Shown here one piece after another: positions 10,778 through 21,518 of a stretch of 64,000 bases of DNA; positions within the stretch are counted from its first letter, which is position 1, and each line of letters opens with the position of its first letter. Below the pieces are notes generated by a model. The model searched no databases and had not been told where the DNA came from. It saw nothing but the letters and a program-made list of their open reading frames with translations. This DNA is from Candidatus Woesearchaeota archaeon (lineage in GTDB: Archaea > Nanobdellota > Nanobdellia > Woesearchaeales > BM511), in contig PKTL01000069.1 in the NCBI GenBank assembly GCA_002867475.1, positions 9,382-73,381 of the forward strand, read 5' to 3'. A program made the translations under genes and the position numbers.

Positions 10778-12038
10778 AAAAATTCAAATAGATTATATAA
10801 CAAAAATAGAAGGCCACGCAAAATTATATGTAAAAATAGATGAGGGTATAGTAAAAGATGTTCGTATGGAAGTTTTTGAAGGTGCAAGACTTTTTGAAAG
10901 CCTTCTCATTGGTAAAAAATATGACGAAGTCCCTATAATAACTTCAAGGATCTGCGGGGTTTGTCCTCAAGCACACAGCATAGCATCAATTGACGCAATC
11001 GAAAAAGCATTTGGTCATGTACCTAATAAATCAATTGAGACACTCAGGGAATTATTATTGATTGGTCAAATAATTAAAAGCCACACATTACATCTTTATT
11101 TTTTAGCTTTACCTGATTTTTTCAATAAGAGAAGTGTAATAGAACTTGCTAAAGAACAAAAAGAAGTGTTGAATCTTGGCATAAGATTGAAGAAATTAAG
11201 TAATGAGATTACAACAATCATTGGTGGAAGAGAGATACATTCAATAACAAATATTCCTGGAGGATTCACAAAAGCGCCAACTGATGAAGAATTGACCACT
11301 CTTCAAAAAAATATAAAATCTTCTTTGGAAGATTCACTTGAAGGAATAAAGCTTTTTTCATCATTTAGCGTTCCTGACTACTCCAATAAAACAGAATATC
11401 TTTATTTGAAAAAAGATGAAAATCCAAATGTTAAAGGGACTGTGATCTGCAGCGATAATATATGTAATTCTGTTGAGAAATATGCTGATTTGATGAATGA
11501 GTTTGTCGAAGAATATAGTAGTGCAAAACATGTCACTATTGGAGAAAAAAGCTTTTTTGTTGGAGCACTTTCAAGAATAAATCAAACACTTATCCCTGAT
11601 GATATTAAAAAAATTCTAGATAAAAATAGTATACTGTTTCCAAGTTATAACCCTTATTACAATAACCTTGCACAATGTATCGAAATCCATATATTACTTC
11701 AAAAAGCTAAAGATCTCATCAAAAAAATTGATGTTGGAGAAGTATTTCATCATAAGATCACTCCAAAGAAAGGAAAGGCAGTAAGTGCATTAGAAGCGCC
11801 AAGAGGGATATTATTTCATGAATATTCATTTGATGATAAGGGTTATGTGACAAAAGCAAATATAATAACTCCAACAACTCAAAATTTAAAGAACATGGAA
11901 AATGACATCATGAAAATATTGCCTTCTCTGCTCGATAAACCTGAAGAAAAGATAAAGTTTGAACTGGAAAAGCTGATTAGAGCATATGATCCTTGTATCA
12001 GTTGCTCAACTCATTTCTTAGATGTCATTTGGGAATGA
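10770..12038 (+). CDS. hydA: [NiFe]-hydrogenase large subunit, copy 2
   Basis: L1 RICGVCPQAH, L2 DPCISCSTH. Confidence 0.95.
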   Translation: MVKKIQIDYITKIEGHAKLYVKIDEGIVKDVRMEVFEGARLFESLLIGKKYDEVPIITSRICGVCPQAHSIASIDAIEKAFGHVPNKSIETLRELLLIGQIIKSHTLHLYFLALPDFFNKRSVIELAKEQKEVLNLGIRLKKLSNEITTIIGGREIHSITNIPGGFTKAPTDEELTTLQKNIKSSLEDSLEGIKLFSSFSVPDYSNKTEYLYLKKDENPNVKGTVICSDNICNSVEKYADLMNEFVEEYSSAKHVTIGEKSFFVGALSRINQTLIPDDIKKILDKNSILFPSYNPYYNNLAQCIEIHILLQKAKDLIKKIDVGEVFHHKITPKKGKAVSALEAPRGILFHEYSFDDKGYVTKANIITPTTQNLKNMENDIMKILPSLLDKPEEKIKFELEKLIRAYDPCISCSTHFLDVIWE

Positions 12039-12218
12039 TTCTAAAATAATTAAAAGAGAAGATCTGCGATGGATTATGAAAATTCATACATATTTTCCAT
12101 TTTTTCAAAATGAAAAACTACAATAAATTCATTTATTGATGAATTTAAGCATCTTTCTCTAAAAGAGAAAGATATATAAATCTAATACTCTATAAAACTA
12201 TTAAAAATAGGTGATTTT

Positions 12219-12875
12219 ATGGCTAATGATTATGCAATTGTTCCTGAAGAAGATTTCTCAAAATTAAAAAATAAGGTTGATAAGATAGAAAGTAACCCCT
12301 TTGGGGAAAGCAAAGAAGGAAAAGAATTAGTAACAACTCTAAAAGACTTAAACTCCTCAATGAGCGGTCTTGTAAACCTTTTCAATACGGCAACTGAAGA
12401 ATTAAAGATTGAAGAACATGATTCGTCTTTAATTGCTGAAAAAGTAGGGCCTTTGTTTGAAAAAATTGAAACTTTGGAATCACAAAATGAAAAGATTGCA
12501 AAAGGAATTGTTGCTGTTGCAGATATGGTAAAAGAATTGAAGATGGAAATCGAAGATGTTAAAAGTCAGATAAAACTAGGGTTTGAATCTAAAACTGAAA
12601 CTCCAAAACCGAAAACTGAATCTTTCAAAACGGAAACAACACAAACTCCTAATTTTCCAGATTCAGGAAACATGAATTTTAATCAACCAAATCAACCAGT
12701 ACCTAACAATAATACTGGGATGAATACAGGTTTTCAAACAAATAATAGCTTAAATGACTCATTTAGTGGACAAAACGGGCAAGGAATGAAACCTTTACCT
12801 ATGGATCCAGCACCAATGCCTCAAATGGGTGAAGAAAAAAATAAGGATTCTAAAAAAGGAATGTTTCATTTTTAA
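12219..12875 (+). CDS. Hypothetical coiled-coil protein with N/P/Q-rich tail
   Basis: ORF with GGTGA RBS. Confidence 0.7.
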   Translation: MANDYAIVPEEDFSKLKNKVDKIESNPFGESKEGKELVTTLKDLNSSMSGLVNLFNTATEELKIEEHDSSLIAEKVGPLFEKIETLESQNEKIAKGIVAVADMVKELKMEIEDVKSQIKLGFESKTETPKPKTESFKTETTQTPNFPDSGNMNFNQPNQPVPNNNTGMNTGFQTNNSLNDSFSGQNGQGMKPLPMDPAPMPQMGEEKNKDSKKGMFHF

Positions 12876-12878
12876 AAA

Positions 12879-13529
12879 ATGAGTGTTGATAGTGCACCAT
12901 CAAATCAAAACAAACCATTACCAGATAATAATCTTTATGGTTCTGTTTTTGAAGGTCAATCACCAAATAATGTAAATTCACAGCCTCATTTATCAAAAAA
13001 TTCTATGAAACGTCTTGTAAAACTGATTTTGAGAACTTATTCGAAGATGAGCAAACAAAAAAAGATAGGTCCTAAAAGAAAAATTAAAGTAGGTAAACCT
13101 TCTGCAGATTCAGAACATCAAAATCTCCATGAAGAGATAACTGCTATAAAAAATAAGCTTAAGCAAAGAGCAGATATAAATAAATTGATTCAAGAACAGA
13201 AAAAAAAAGAATTCTTCGATAAAAAACAAGCTGAAAAAATAGTCGATGAATATCTCGAAAAAGAAGAAGAGAATAAAAAATCACCAGAGCCACAAAAAGA
13301 GATAGAAAAAACTGATACAATTAGCGATGATCTAGTTATCGAAAAGAAAAAGATAGAGTTAGTAGATAAGAAGAAAAAAGAGCTCGAAGAGATAAAAATC
13401 GTACTTAAATCTCTGGAAGAAAAACATAACGAACTAGTTAAAAAGAAACATGATCCTGTAATACTAGTAAGACTTGATGAAAAGATAAACCTTCTTAAAC
13501 GAAGAATAAACCATATTGAAAATGAATAA
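12879..13529 (+). CDS. Hypothetical K/E-rich coiled-coil protein
   Basis: ORF in operon. Confidence 0.65.
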   Translation: MSVDSAPSNQNKPLPDNNLYGSVFEGQSPNNVNSQPHLSKNSMKRLVKLILRTYSKMSKQKKIGPKRKIKVGKPSADSEHQNLHEEITAIKNKLKQRADINKLIQEQKKKEFFDKKQAEKIVDEYLEKEEENKKSPEPQKEIEKTDTISDDLVIEKKKIELVDKKKKELEEIKIVLKSLEEKHNELVKKKHDPVILVRLDEKINLLKRRINHIENE

Positions 13530-13560
13530 GAAACTTATTCGAATTAATTTTGGTGCCAAA

Positions 13561-13851
13561 ATGAATAATGAAGTAACAACCGAAAAACTTGATAATTATT
13601 TCGATGTTAGCAATAGGGCTATAAAAATGGTTGAAGAGAAAGGTTTTGATAAATCTAGAATCGATCAAGCTAAAGATTTTCTTGACATGGCTAAACGTTA
13701 CAATTCAGATGCATATCATTTTAGGGAAAAAGGAGATTATGTATTAGCATTCGCTGCATTGAACTATGCCCATGGGTGGCTTGATGCAGGTGCAAGAATC
13801 GGTTTATTTTTGGTTAAGGATTCAACTCTTTTCACGGTCGATGATGAATGA
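13561..13851 (+). CDS. DUF357-family protein
   Basis: MAKRY.SDA.HF..KGD.VLAFAALNYAHGWLDAG motif. Confidence 0.85.
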   Translation: MNNEVTTEKLDNYFDVSNRAIKMVEEKGFDKSRIDQAKDFLDMAKRYNSDAYHFREKGDYVLAFAALNYAHGWLDAGARIGLFLVKDSTLFTVDDE

Positions 13852-14279
13852 TATTAGTTAATAATTTGATGAATGGAATTCTTTTAGATACTTGCTATTT
13901 GATACATTTAATAAAAAATAACCAATTATACACATTAGAAAAAAAGAAGGCTGATTTTAATATTGGAATAACAAGCTTTAACTTCCACGAATTAGAACGT
14001 AAAACTAAAGAATTATACCTTCATTATGAATTGCCTGAACTTTTCATGGTAAATATCCCTTTTTATCCGGGACACATGATTAACGAAAAAATGTTTGTCA
14101 ATGATGTAGAACCTGAATTATTAGAGGTCATAGACGACCCTTCTAATGCAGTGCTTGCAGCAGCAGCAATCAAGTTTGGTGCAAAAAAGATAATAACTAG
14201 AGATAAACAGCACTTATTAAACAACCATGCTAAGCATTTGATGGAAAAATATAGTATAGAAATAAGCTCAGACCTCTAA
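13848..14279 (+). CDS. PIN-domain protein
   Basis: ILLDT, ITRD motifs. Confidence 0.7.
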   Translation: MILVNNLMNGILLDTCYLIHLIKNNQLYTLEKKKADFNIGITSFNFHELERKTKELYLHYELPELFMVNIPFYPGHMINEKMFVNDVEPELLEVIDDPSNAVLAAAAIKFGAKKIITRDKQHLLNNHAKHLMEKYSIEISSDL

Positions 14280-15352
14280 TCGATTCTTGGATAAGTTCCT
14301 GGTTCCATAAAGACTCTATCGACTTCTACAGCGATTCCTTTACTGTTTTTAATTATGTCTTTAGGAAGGATTTTTAACTTTCCTATTGCTACTAATTCAT
14401 TTTTCAAAGTCATTATAGCAACATCTTCATCAATTTGTATCTCTGTCTCGACCTTGCTAACTCCAGGTATTTTAAGGTTTGACCCATGACAAAGGCTGTT
14501 AACAGTTGAATCAAGAACCCAAATTTTAGGGATGTGACTAACTGCAAACTCGATAGGGAATATATTTTTTCTTATAGCTTTCTCATCTCCATATTCCTTA
14601 TAATAATGAAGGTTATCAGTCAAGGTTTGTAAAGAACATAAAGTTTCTTCATTAAAAGGGCCAACTTTTGTACGTCTAAGTTCAGCCATGTGAGCACCAC
14701 AACCAAATTTTTCACCCATATCATGACATAGTTTTCTTATGTAGGTTCCTGCTTGAGTACCAACTCTAAATAATACATCTTGTCCTTTGACCTCTAAAAT
14801 GTCTATGTAATAGACTTTTCTGTATCTCCATTCACGTTTAATCGCTGACTTGATTGGAGGTAATTGTTTTAATTTGCCAACGAAACCCATCATCACATTC
14901 TTGATTTCATCTTCAGGTAGTTCTTTGTGAATATGTATTAAGCAAACATATTCTTTTCCTGCGCTAAGAAGAGTTTGTACAACTCTTGTGCCTTTTGCTA
15001 ATGCAGTTGGAAGAAGTCCTGTAACTCCTGGATCAAGTGTTCCACTATGTCCTGCTTTGTCAACTCCGAGAATCTCTTTAGTGTAAGCACTAACTTGGTG
15101 GCTTGTAGGCCCAGCAGGCTTATCAATATTGACAATGCCAAAATCAATCAGTTCATCAACAGTCCTGTTCTCTGGCTTTTTACCATATTTTGGGTCTGTA
15201 TCTGCATTTCTTTTGATCAATATTTCTCTTTTGATCTTCTCAAAAGGCAATTGATTCAATGAAGAATTATTTTCTTCATGCTCAAAGACTTTATTTTCAG
15301 AATAGGTTTTGGCATGTTTTTCTCCATTAAGTCTTTGATTCTTTTCTTCCAT
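14276..15352 (-). CDS. cbf5: H/ACA pseudouridine synthase Cbf5/TruB
   Basis: DKPAGPTSH, GHSGTLDP, GTYIRKL, PUA domain. Confidence 0.96.
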   Translation of the reverse strand: MEEKNQRLNGEKHAKTYSENKVFEHEENNSSLNQLPFEKIKREILIKRNADTDPKYGKKPENRTVDELIDFGIVNIDKPAGPTSHQVSAYTKEILGVDKAGHSGTLDPGVTGLLPTALAKGTRVVQTLLSAGKEYVCLIHIHKELPEDEIKNVMMGFVGKLKQLPPIKSAIKREWRYRKVYYIDILEVKGQDVLFRVGTQAGTYIRKLCHDMGEKFGCGAHMAELRRTKVGPFNEETLCSLQTLTDNLHYYKEYGDEKAIRKNIFPIEFAVSHIPKIWVLDSTVNSLCHGSNLKIPGVSKVETEIQIDEDVAIMTLKNELVAIGKLKILPKDIIKNSKGIAVEVDRVFMEPGTYPRID

Positions 15353-15572
15353 GAGATTCTAGAAATTTTGTCTGATTAATAAATGTTTTTAACTTTTAGA
15401 AGCAAAAACTGAATTGTGCACCTGGAAAGAGGCGCGTAATATAAACCAAGCACACATTAGTTCAGTTTAATCATATGAGTTATTCCCCCTTTATAAATTT
15501 GATATTGAAGTAAAAAATGAAGGTTTAATCATAGAAGTTTTTTTAAAGAGAAAAATAAAGAAATCTCCTAGG

Positions 15573-16157
15573 GTGATATCTTTTAATATTAATAGTTTGG
15601 TAATACAATTAAAACCTTTATTTTATTTCATATTAGGTATCGTCTTCTATTCAATATTCATATTCAAGTTCTATAGATTTCTTGCAACTAAAGATCTGTT
15701 GAAGCTTGATCTTGATAGATATAATAATGTTGAACATTCAGGACTCAAGAAATTTATCAAAGCAATACTTTATCCTTTTGAATACATGATAGTGATTCCA
15801 GTATTCATATTTTTTTGGTTCATGGTACTGACAACGCTTTTAGTTTTCCTTGCAAAAAACCCTGTCATAGAAAACATTCTTTTGATATCATTATCTCTTG
15901 TTGCATCTGTGAGAATCACTTCTTATTACGATGAAGATCTCTCTAAAGACCTTGCTAAAATGCTACCTTTCGCGCTTTTAGGTGTCTTCTTGGTTGACGC
16001 GTCTTATTTTTCCTTTTCTGAATCAATAATATTGTTGAAATCTATACCTTCTCACTGGGTTTTATTATTAACATACTTGATGTTTATAGTCATTTTAGAG
16101 TTCATATTAAGAATTATAATCGGCACCTATAATCTCATAGTAGAACGATGGTTTTGA
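15573..16157 (+). CDS. Hypothetical membrane protein
   Basis: Multi-TM ORF. Confidence 0.7.
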   Translation: MISFNINSLVIQLKPLFYFILGIVFYSIFIFKFYRFLATKDLLKLDLDRYNNVEHSGLKKFIKAILYPFEYMIVIPVFIFFWFMVLTTLLVFLAKNPVIENILLISLSLVASVRITSYYDEDLSKDLAKMLPFALLGVFLVDASYFSFSESIILLKSIPSHWVLLLTYLMFIVILEFILRIIIGTYNLIVERWF

Positions 16158-16185
16158 GAAAATTTTAAGAATAAGTATAAGAAAA

Positions 16186-16297
16186 TAGCGGGGAGAGGAT
16201 TTGAACCTCCGACCTCCGGGTTTCTTGATCTCTGATCGAGAATTCGACCTTGGAGATATATGAGCCCGACGGGCACTCCTAGCTGCCCTACCCCGCT
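16186..16297 (-). tRNA. tRNA-iMet(CAT) with 37-nt intron (16222-16258) at 37/38
   Basis: AGCGGGG acceptor, GGG/CCC anticodon stem, CAT at 16260-16262, GGTTCAAATCC T arm. Confidence 0.92.
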
Positions 16298-16430
16298 TTA
16301 TGTAATAAAGAGAAAAAGGTGCCAGTTTATAAACTTTATCCTAAGAAAATACTGAATTCTTAAAAAATATGTACTTTAGATTCATAAATTTTTTAAAGGA
16401 TGCATGTTCCATCAATCTTGGTGGGTACAC

Positions 16431-17420
16431 ATGAATGCAGAAATAAAAAAATTAACAGAAAAATCAGTTAAATATTCTGAGAAAATCAACACTGTAATAA
16501 AAGAGATAGAAAAAGTTATAGTAGGTCAAGAGGACATTATTGAAAAAGTTATGATCTCTTTGATAGCGAAAGGTCACGTGCTTTTAGAAGGTGCACCAGG
16601 ATTAGCAAAGACACTTCTTGTGAAGACCTTGTCAGACACCACAAATCTTGCATTTAAGCGTATACAGTTCACACCAGACTTGCTTCCTGCAGATATTTTA
16701 GGAACAAGAATATATAATCACAAGGAAGCGTCATTTACAACCCAAAAAGGACCTATCTTTGCAAATCTAGTTTTGGCAGATGAGATCAATAGAGCTCCAC
16801 CAAAAGTGCAATCAGCACTACTTGAAAGCATGCAGGAAAAGCAAGTAACAATAGGTAAGGAATCATTCAATCTTGATGAGCCCTTCTTTGTTCTCGCAAC
16901 GCAAAACCCTATCGAGACTGAAGGAACATACAGGCTTCCAGAAGCACAAGTTGATAGGTTCATGTTCAAGTTAATAGTTGATTATCCTAATATAAAAAAC
17001 AGTGTTGAGATCATTGATAGGATGACAAAAAATCATGTTCCCTCCGTGAAAAAGATAATTTCTGATAAAGACTTGACTTCCATCCAATTATTTGCTAAAG
17101 AAATATATGTGGATGAAAAAGTCACAGATTATGTTGCTAGAATAGTTGATGCGACAAGAAACCCTAAAGAATATGATCTGGAAGAGCTAGAAGAACAAAT
17201 AGATTATGGTGCAAGTCCAAGAGCATTGATCTGGTTAATACTTGGTGCTAAAGCTAATGCTCTTTTGAATTCAAGAGGTTTTGTAAAGCCAGAAGACGTG
17301 CTTCACATAGCAAAGGATGTGCTTAGACACAGGATACTAATAAGCTATGAGGCTGAAGCTGAAGATATAACAAGCGATATGATAATTGATAAGATTCTTT
17401 CAAAGGTGAAAATGCCATAA
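16431..17420 (+). CDS. moxR: MoxR-family AAA+ ATPase
   Basis: GAPGLAKT, RIQFTPDLLP, DEINRA, ATQNP. Confidence 0.95.
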   Translation: MNAEIKKLTEKSVKYSEKINTVIKEIEKVIVGQEDIIEKVMISLIAKGHVLLEGAPGLAKTLLVKTLSDTTNLAFKRIQFTPDLLPADILGTRIYNHKEASFTTQKGPIFANLVLADEINRAPPKVQSALLESMQEKQVTIGKESFNLDEPFFVLATQNPIETEGTYRLPEAQVDRFMFKLIVDYPNIKNSVEIIDRMTKNHVPSVKKIISDKDLTSIQLFAKEIYVDEKVTDYVARIVDATRNPKEYDLEELEEQIDYGASPRALIWLILGAKANALLNSRGFVKPEDVLHIAKDVLRHRILISYEAEAEDITSDMIIDKILSKVKMP

Positions 17421-17422
17421 AA

Positions 17423-18289
17423 ATGAAGGAGATAATCAAAAAAGTAAAAAAGATAGAAATATCTACAAGAAACCTTGTTGAAGGACTTCTTCAAGGTGCT
17501 TACCACTCAGTCTTTAAAGGAAGAGGTATAGAGTTTTCTGACGTTCGTGAGTATTCTTATGGTGACGCTATAAAAACAATCGATTGGAATGTTACTGCAA
17601 GGATGGACACTCCTTTTGTCAAAGAATTTGTTGAAGAGCGTGACTTGACAGCGTACATCGTTTTTGATGGGAGTGCCAGTGAATCTTTTGGTTATGAGAA
17701 AGAAAAACGTATGTCTAATATTGAAATAGCAGCATCCATGGTATTTGCAGCGCAAAAAAACAATGACAACATAGGGCTTTTCATATTTACTGATAAGATA
17801 GAAAAATTTATTCCTGCAAGGAAAGGGAAAAGACACGCATTGAAGATCATAAGTGAGCTTGTAAGATTCAAGCCAGAAAGCAAGAAAACAGATGTTTATG
17901 AAGCTTTAAGGAAGATAAATAAAGTTGTTAAACGAAAAAGTATCTTTTTCATAGTTAGTGATTTTGATTCTAATGATTTTGAAAAACCATTTAAGATACT
18001 TAGAAGAAAGCATGAAATCATACCTATTAACGTGTTTGATACGAGAGAGAATCATATTCCTGAAATTGGTTATGTTGAGTTTGAGGATGCTGAGACTGGT
18101 GAGACCTTCTTGATAGATACTAGCGATAAAGATATTATGAAAGCATATTATAAACTTGTTAAGGAAGATAATAAAAAAATAGAAGGATTTTTTAAGAAAA
18201 ATAAGATTGATCAAATAAGGATAAAAACTGATGAGGATTTCTCGATTCCAATAAGGATATTTTTCAAACGAAGGGGGGCAAGAAGATAA
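17423..18289 (+). CDS. DUF58 / VWA-like protein
   Basis: GRGIEF.DVREY..GD....IDWNVTAR. Confidence 0.92.
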   Translation: MKEIIKKVKKIEISTRNLVEGLLQGAYHSVFKGRGIEFSDVREYSYGDAIKTIDWNVTARMDTPFVKEFVEERDLTAYIVFDGSASESFGYEKEKRMSNIEIAASMVFAAQKNNDNIGLFIFTDKIEKFIPARKGKRHALKIISELVRFKPESKKTDVYEALRKINKVVKRKSIFFIVSDFDSNDFEKPFKILRRKHEIIPINVFDTRENHIPEIGYVEFEDAETGETFLIDTSDKDIMKAYYKLVKEDNKKIEGFFKKNKIDQIRIKTDEDFSIPIRIFFKRRGARR

Positions 18290-19254
18290 TGAGATTGACT
18301 TTTCTAAAACCTTTATGGTTACTTGGATTATTATTTGTTCCTTTGGTTTGGTATTGGTATAAGAAAAGATTAGAAGAAAATAAAAATAGAACTTTAGTCT
18401 TTTCAAAACTTGCATTGTTGAAGAAAGCAGCTGAAAATAAGCAGCCTAAATGGAGAAAGAACTTATCTATGATATTGATGCTTATAATATTTTCATCTTC
18501 AATAATTGCTCTTGCAGATCCATATTTTCCATTGAAAAACACGAAGAAAGGTGTAAATGTGATTTTAGCGCTTGATGTTAGTGGGAGTATGCAGGAAACT
18601 GATTTTAGCCCTAATAGGCTTGAAGCAGCAAAAAGAAATACTTTGAATCTTATAGATCAATTGAATCCTAATGATTTAGTTGGTGTAATCACTTTTGGTC
18701 AAGGAGCGACCACTACAAGTTATCTTACCAATATGAAAGAAAGAGCAATTGAAAAAGTTAAAGCTATCAAGATACAAGCGACTCAAAGCTTTTTTGGAGG
18801 TTGTACAGGTCTTGGTTGTGAAACACATATAGGTGTAGGGCTTGCTAGCGCAGTTGACATGGCAACAAGCATTCCAAACAAGAAAAAAGTGATAATTTTT
18901 TTGTCTGACGGCGCAAATAACGGAGGTGTTATAACTCCTGATGAATCAATTGCTTATGCTAAAAGCAATGATATTCAAGTTTTTACTATCGGTATGGGTA
19001 GCAAAAAAACTGATGCATATGGACGAGTTCTTCTCGATGAAGCACTTTTGAAAAAAATAGCAAGTAATACAGATGGTGAATATTTCAATGCAGTTAATGA
19101 TGATACTTTAAAAGATATATATGATAGTCTCAGCGATAAGATAAAAAGAGAAAAAGAAGATGTATCTATCAAGGATCTTTTCATATTTATCTCGCTTATA
19201 TCCTCATTATCCTGGATTTATTTCAATTATGGGAAGCGTTCAATATTAAGGTGA
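18289..19254 (+). CDS. BatA-like VWA membrane protein
   Basis: N-terminal F..P.WL TM, DVSGSM MIDAS, SDG. Confidence 0.9.
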   Translation: MRLTFLKPLWLLGLLFVPLVWYWYKKRLEENKNRTLVFSKLALLKKAAENKQPKWRKNLSMILMLIIFSSSIIALADPYFPLKNTKKGVNVILALDVSGSMQETDFSPNRLEAAKRNTLNLIDQLNPNDLVGVITFGQGATTTSYLTNMKERAIEKVKAIKIQATQSFFGGCTGLGCETHIGVGLASAVDMATSIPNKKKVIIFLSDGANNGGVITPDESIAYAKSNDIQVFTIGMGSKKTDAYGRVLLDEALLKKIASNTDGEYFNAVNDDTLKDIYDSLSDKIKREKEDVSIKDLFIFISLISSLSWIYFNYGKRSILR

Positions 19255-19258
19255 TCTA

Positions 19259-20734
19259 ATGAAAAAAAACATTTTTTTCACAATATTGATTCTTCTGATG
19301 ATCCAAATAGTTTATGCTGAAGATTTAGTTTTTACTGTGAACAGTACAGATTATTATTTTAATGTTGGTCAAGAAGCTATAATTCCCGTATATGTTGAAA
19401 ATGATTATGGTTCTGCTATATCGGGTCAATTGACTTATACCATAACTGAAACTGTGAGTTCTTCAGGTTCATACTATAGTTCCTCAAACACACAAACCCA
19501 AGGCTTTACCATATTAGAAGAGCAAGAAGAACCTATAGCATTTGGAATAGGTACTAGTGATAAAGAATTAGTAAGGGAGTTTGCTTCAAGCTTCAAGTAC
19601 ACTAATGAAGCTGGCGATCAAGTAATTGTAACACTTCCAAAAATAAATATTCATTTCGTTGAAAATAAGGACGAACAAAGTCAAAGCCAAGAAGAACAGC
19701 AACAATCATCTTCAAGCGATGAAGAAGAGCAACAAACTCAAAGCACAAGTGAGACTCAAGAAAATACTGAGCCTTTGAAGTCAGAAGATCAAATGCAGCA
19801 AGATTTGCAGAATAACCAAGCAAGTCAGGATTCAAGCGCTTTAAAGAATCAGATGAATCAAGAAGTGCAAGATAGCCAGCAAAGAGAACAAGAGCAAAAA
19901 GAACAGCTTGAACAAAATAGTGAATATCAAGACATGAAAGAACAGCTTGAAGAGCAAGGATTCAACCAAGAAAATGAGCCTAATTTCGGTTCTGACGAAT
20001 TCTCTCAAGAGTTTACCAATCCTGAAACGGGAGAAAAAGCTTCCCTTTCTGGAAGTATGGATAATAATACTTTTGATGATTTGAAGTCTGAGTTTGAAAG
20101 TGAAAGCTTAGAAAATGATATCTTAAATAATCAGAATAAAACAAATCAAAATTTGAAAAAAGCAATTGAAGACTTAAAAGAAAAGGGTTTTAATGAGTCT
20201 CCGATGAAATTTTCAACAAGCAATAATATGACAACTTTTCAAAAAGAATTTGTTGACGAAAAGAATAACACTGTTGTGATTAAAGGAACACTTGATGATG
20301 AAGAAGTTTTGGAGTTTGATGAAGATAAAGACAGAAATCTATTATTATGGATAATACTAATCATTTTTGCTGTTGCCACTTATTATTTTTATTCTAAATA
20401 TTATAAAAAGGAAAATGCGGTTGAAGAGCCTAAAAAGACACTAAAACCTCTTGATTATAGAAAAGAAGCATTGAAAATATTGAAAGATGCTGAGAAAACT
20501 TATTCAATTGATAAAAAAACTGCTTATGAGCTTTTAGCATACTCTGTTCGATACTTTTATTCTCATAAGAATAAGCTTTCTAAAGAGTTATCTAATGACG
20601 AGTTTAGAAAACAAGTGAAAGATAAAGATTTGAATAGTTTAATACTTGCGTCAGAAATGATCGAGTTCGCTAAAGGAAAAGATAAAGGAGAATTCAATAG
20701 GTTTGTTGACTTTGCTAGAAGATTCATAAAGTAA
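19259..20734 (+). CDS. Membrane-anchored protein with Q/E/S-rich region (Bat operon associated)
   Basis: Signal peptide, low-complexity middle, single TM near C-terminus. Confidence 0.75.
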   Translation: MKKNIFFTILILLMIQIVYAEDLVFTVNSTDYYFNVGQEAIIPVYVENDYGSAISGQLTYTITETVSSSGSYYSSSNTQTQGFTILEEQEEPIAFGIGTSDKELVREFASSFKYTNEAGDQVIVTLPKINIHFVENKDEQSQSQEEQQQSSSSDEEEQQTQSTSETQENTEPLKSEDQMQQDLQNNQASQDSSALKNQMNQEVQDSQQREQEQKEQLEQNSEYQDMKEQLEEQGFNQENEPNFGSDEFSQEFTNPETGEKASLSGSMDNNTFDDLKSEFESESLENDILNNQNKTNQNLKKAIEDLKEKGFNESPMKFSTSNNMTTFQKEFVDEKNNTVVIKGTLDDEEVLEFDEDKDRNLLLWIILIIFAVATYYFYSKYYKKENAVEEPKKTLKPLDYRKEALKILKDAEKTYSIDKKTAYELLAYSVRYFYSHKNKLSKELSNDEFRKQVKDKDLNSLILASEMIEFAKGKDKGEFNRFVDFARRFIK

Positions 20735-20780
20735 AACTTTATAAATTGATTAAATAGATTCTTTAACGGGTGATATTAAA

Positions 20781-21518
20781 ATGGTATTAATTACATATAT
20801 AGCTATATTTGTTCTAGTCTTTATCCTTTCAGGCATAAAGGTAGTGAACCAATATGAAAGAGGAGTTAAATTTACATTAGGTAAATATAGCGGACTTATG
20901 GATCCAGGATTAAGAATAGTTATCCCCTTAATCCAATCATGGCAAAGAATAGATATAAGGGTTAAAGCTGTTGATGTTCCTGATCAAGATTGTATAACAA
21001 AAGATAACATTTCTGTAAATGTGAATGCTATAATATACTATAAGGTTAGTGCTGCAGATAAAGCATTTATCGAAGTTGAAAATTATAGGTTTGCAGTAAG
21101 TCAACTGGCACAAACCACTATGAGAAACATGGTTGGAGAGGTTGATCTTGATGAACTATTGCAACAAAGAGATGAGATTTCAAATAGGATACAAACAATC
21201 ATAGACAAAGCAACAGATCCTTGGGGAATAAAAGTTGATAGCGTAGACTTGAAAGACATCACTTTACCACAAGATATGAAGAGAGTTATTGGTAAGCAAG
21301 CCGAAGCTGAAAGAGAAAAAAGAGCAGTTATCATCAAGGCTGAAGGAGAGGTTGTAGCAGCAAATAATATGGCAAAGGCAGCAAAAACTTTAGCATCTGC
21401 TGATGGAGCACTTCATCTTAGAACTCTTCAAAGCATAAATGATATGAGTAGTGATCAATCGAACACTATTGTTTTCACTATTCCTTTAGAGATCTTAAGG
21501 GCATTCGGCAAGAAATAA
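20781..21518 (+). CDS. SPFH/stomatin (band 7) protein
   Basis: QYERGV.F.LG, ITKDN, AEAERE. Confidence 0.93.
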   Translation: MVLITYIAIFVLVFILSGIKVVNQYERGVKFTLGKYSGLMDPGLRIVIPLIQSWQRIDIRVKAVDVPDQDCITKDNISVNVNAIIYYKVSAADKAFIEVENYRFAVSQLAQTTMRNMVGEVDLDELLQQRDEISNRIQTIIDKATDPWGIKVDSVDLKDITLPQDMKRVIGKQAEAEREKRAVIIKAEGEVVAANNMAKAAKTLASADGALHLRTLQSINDMSSDQSNTIVFTIPLEILRAFGKK

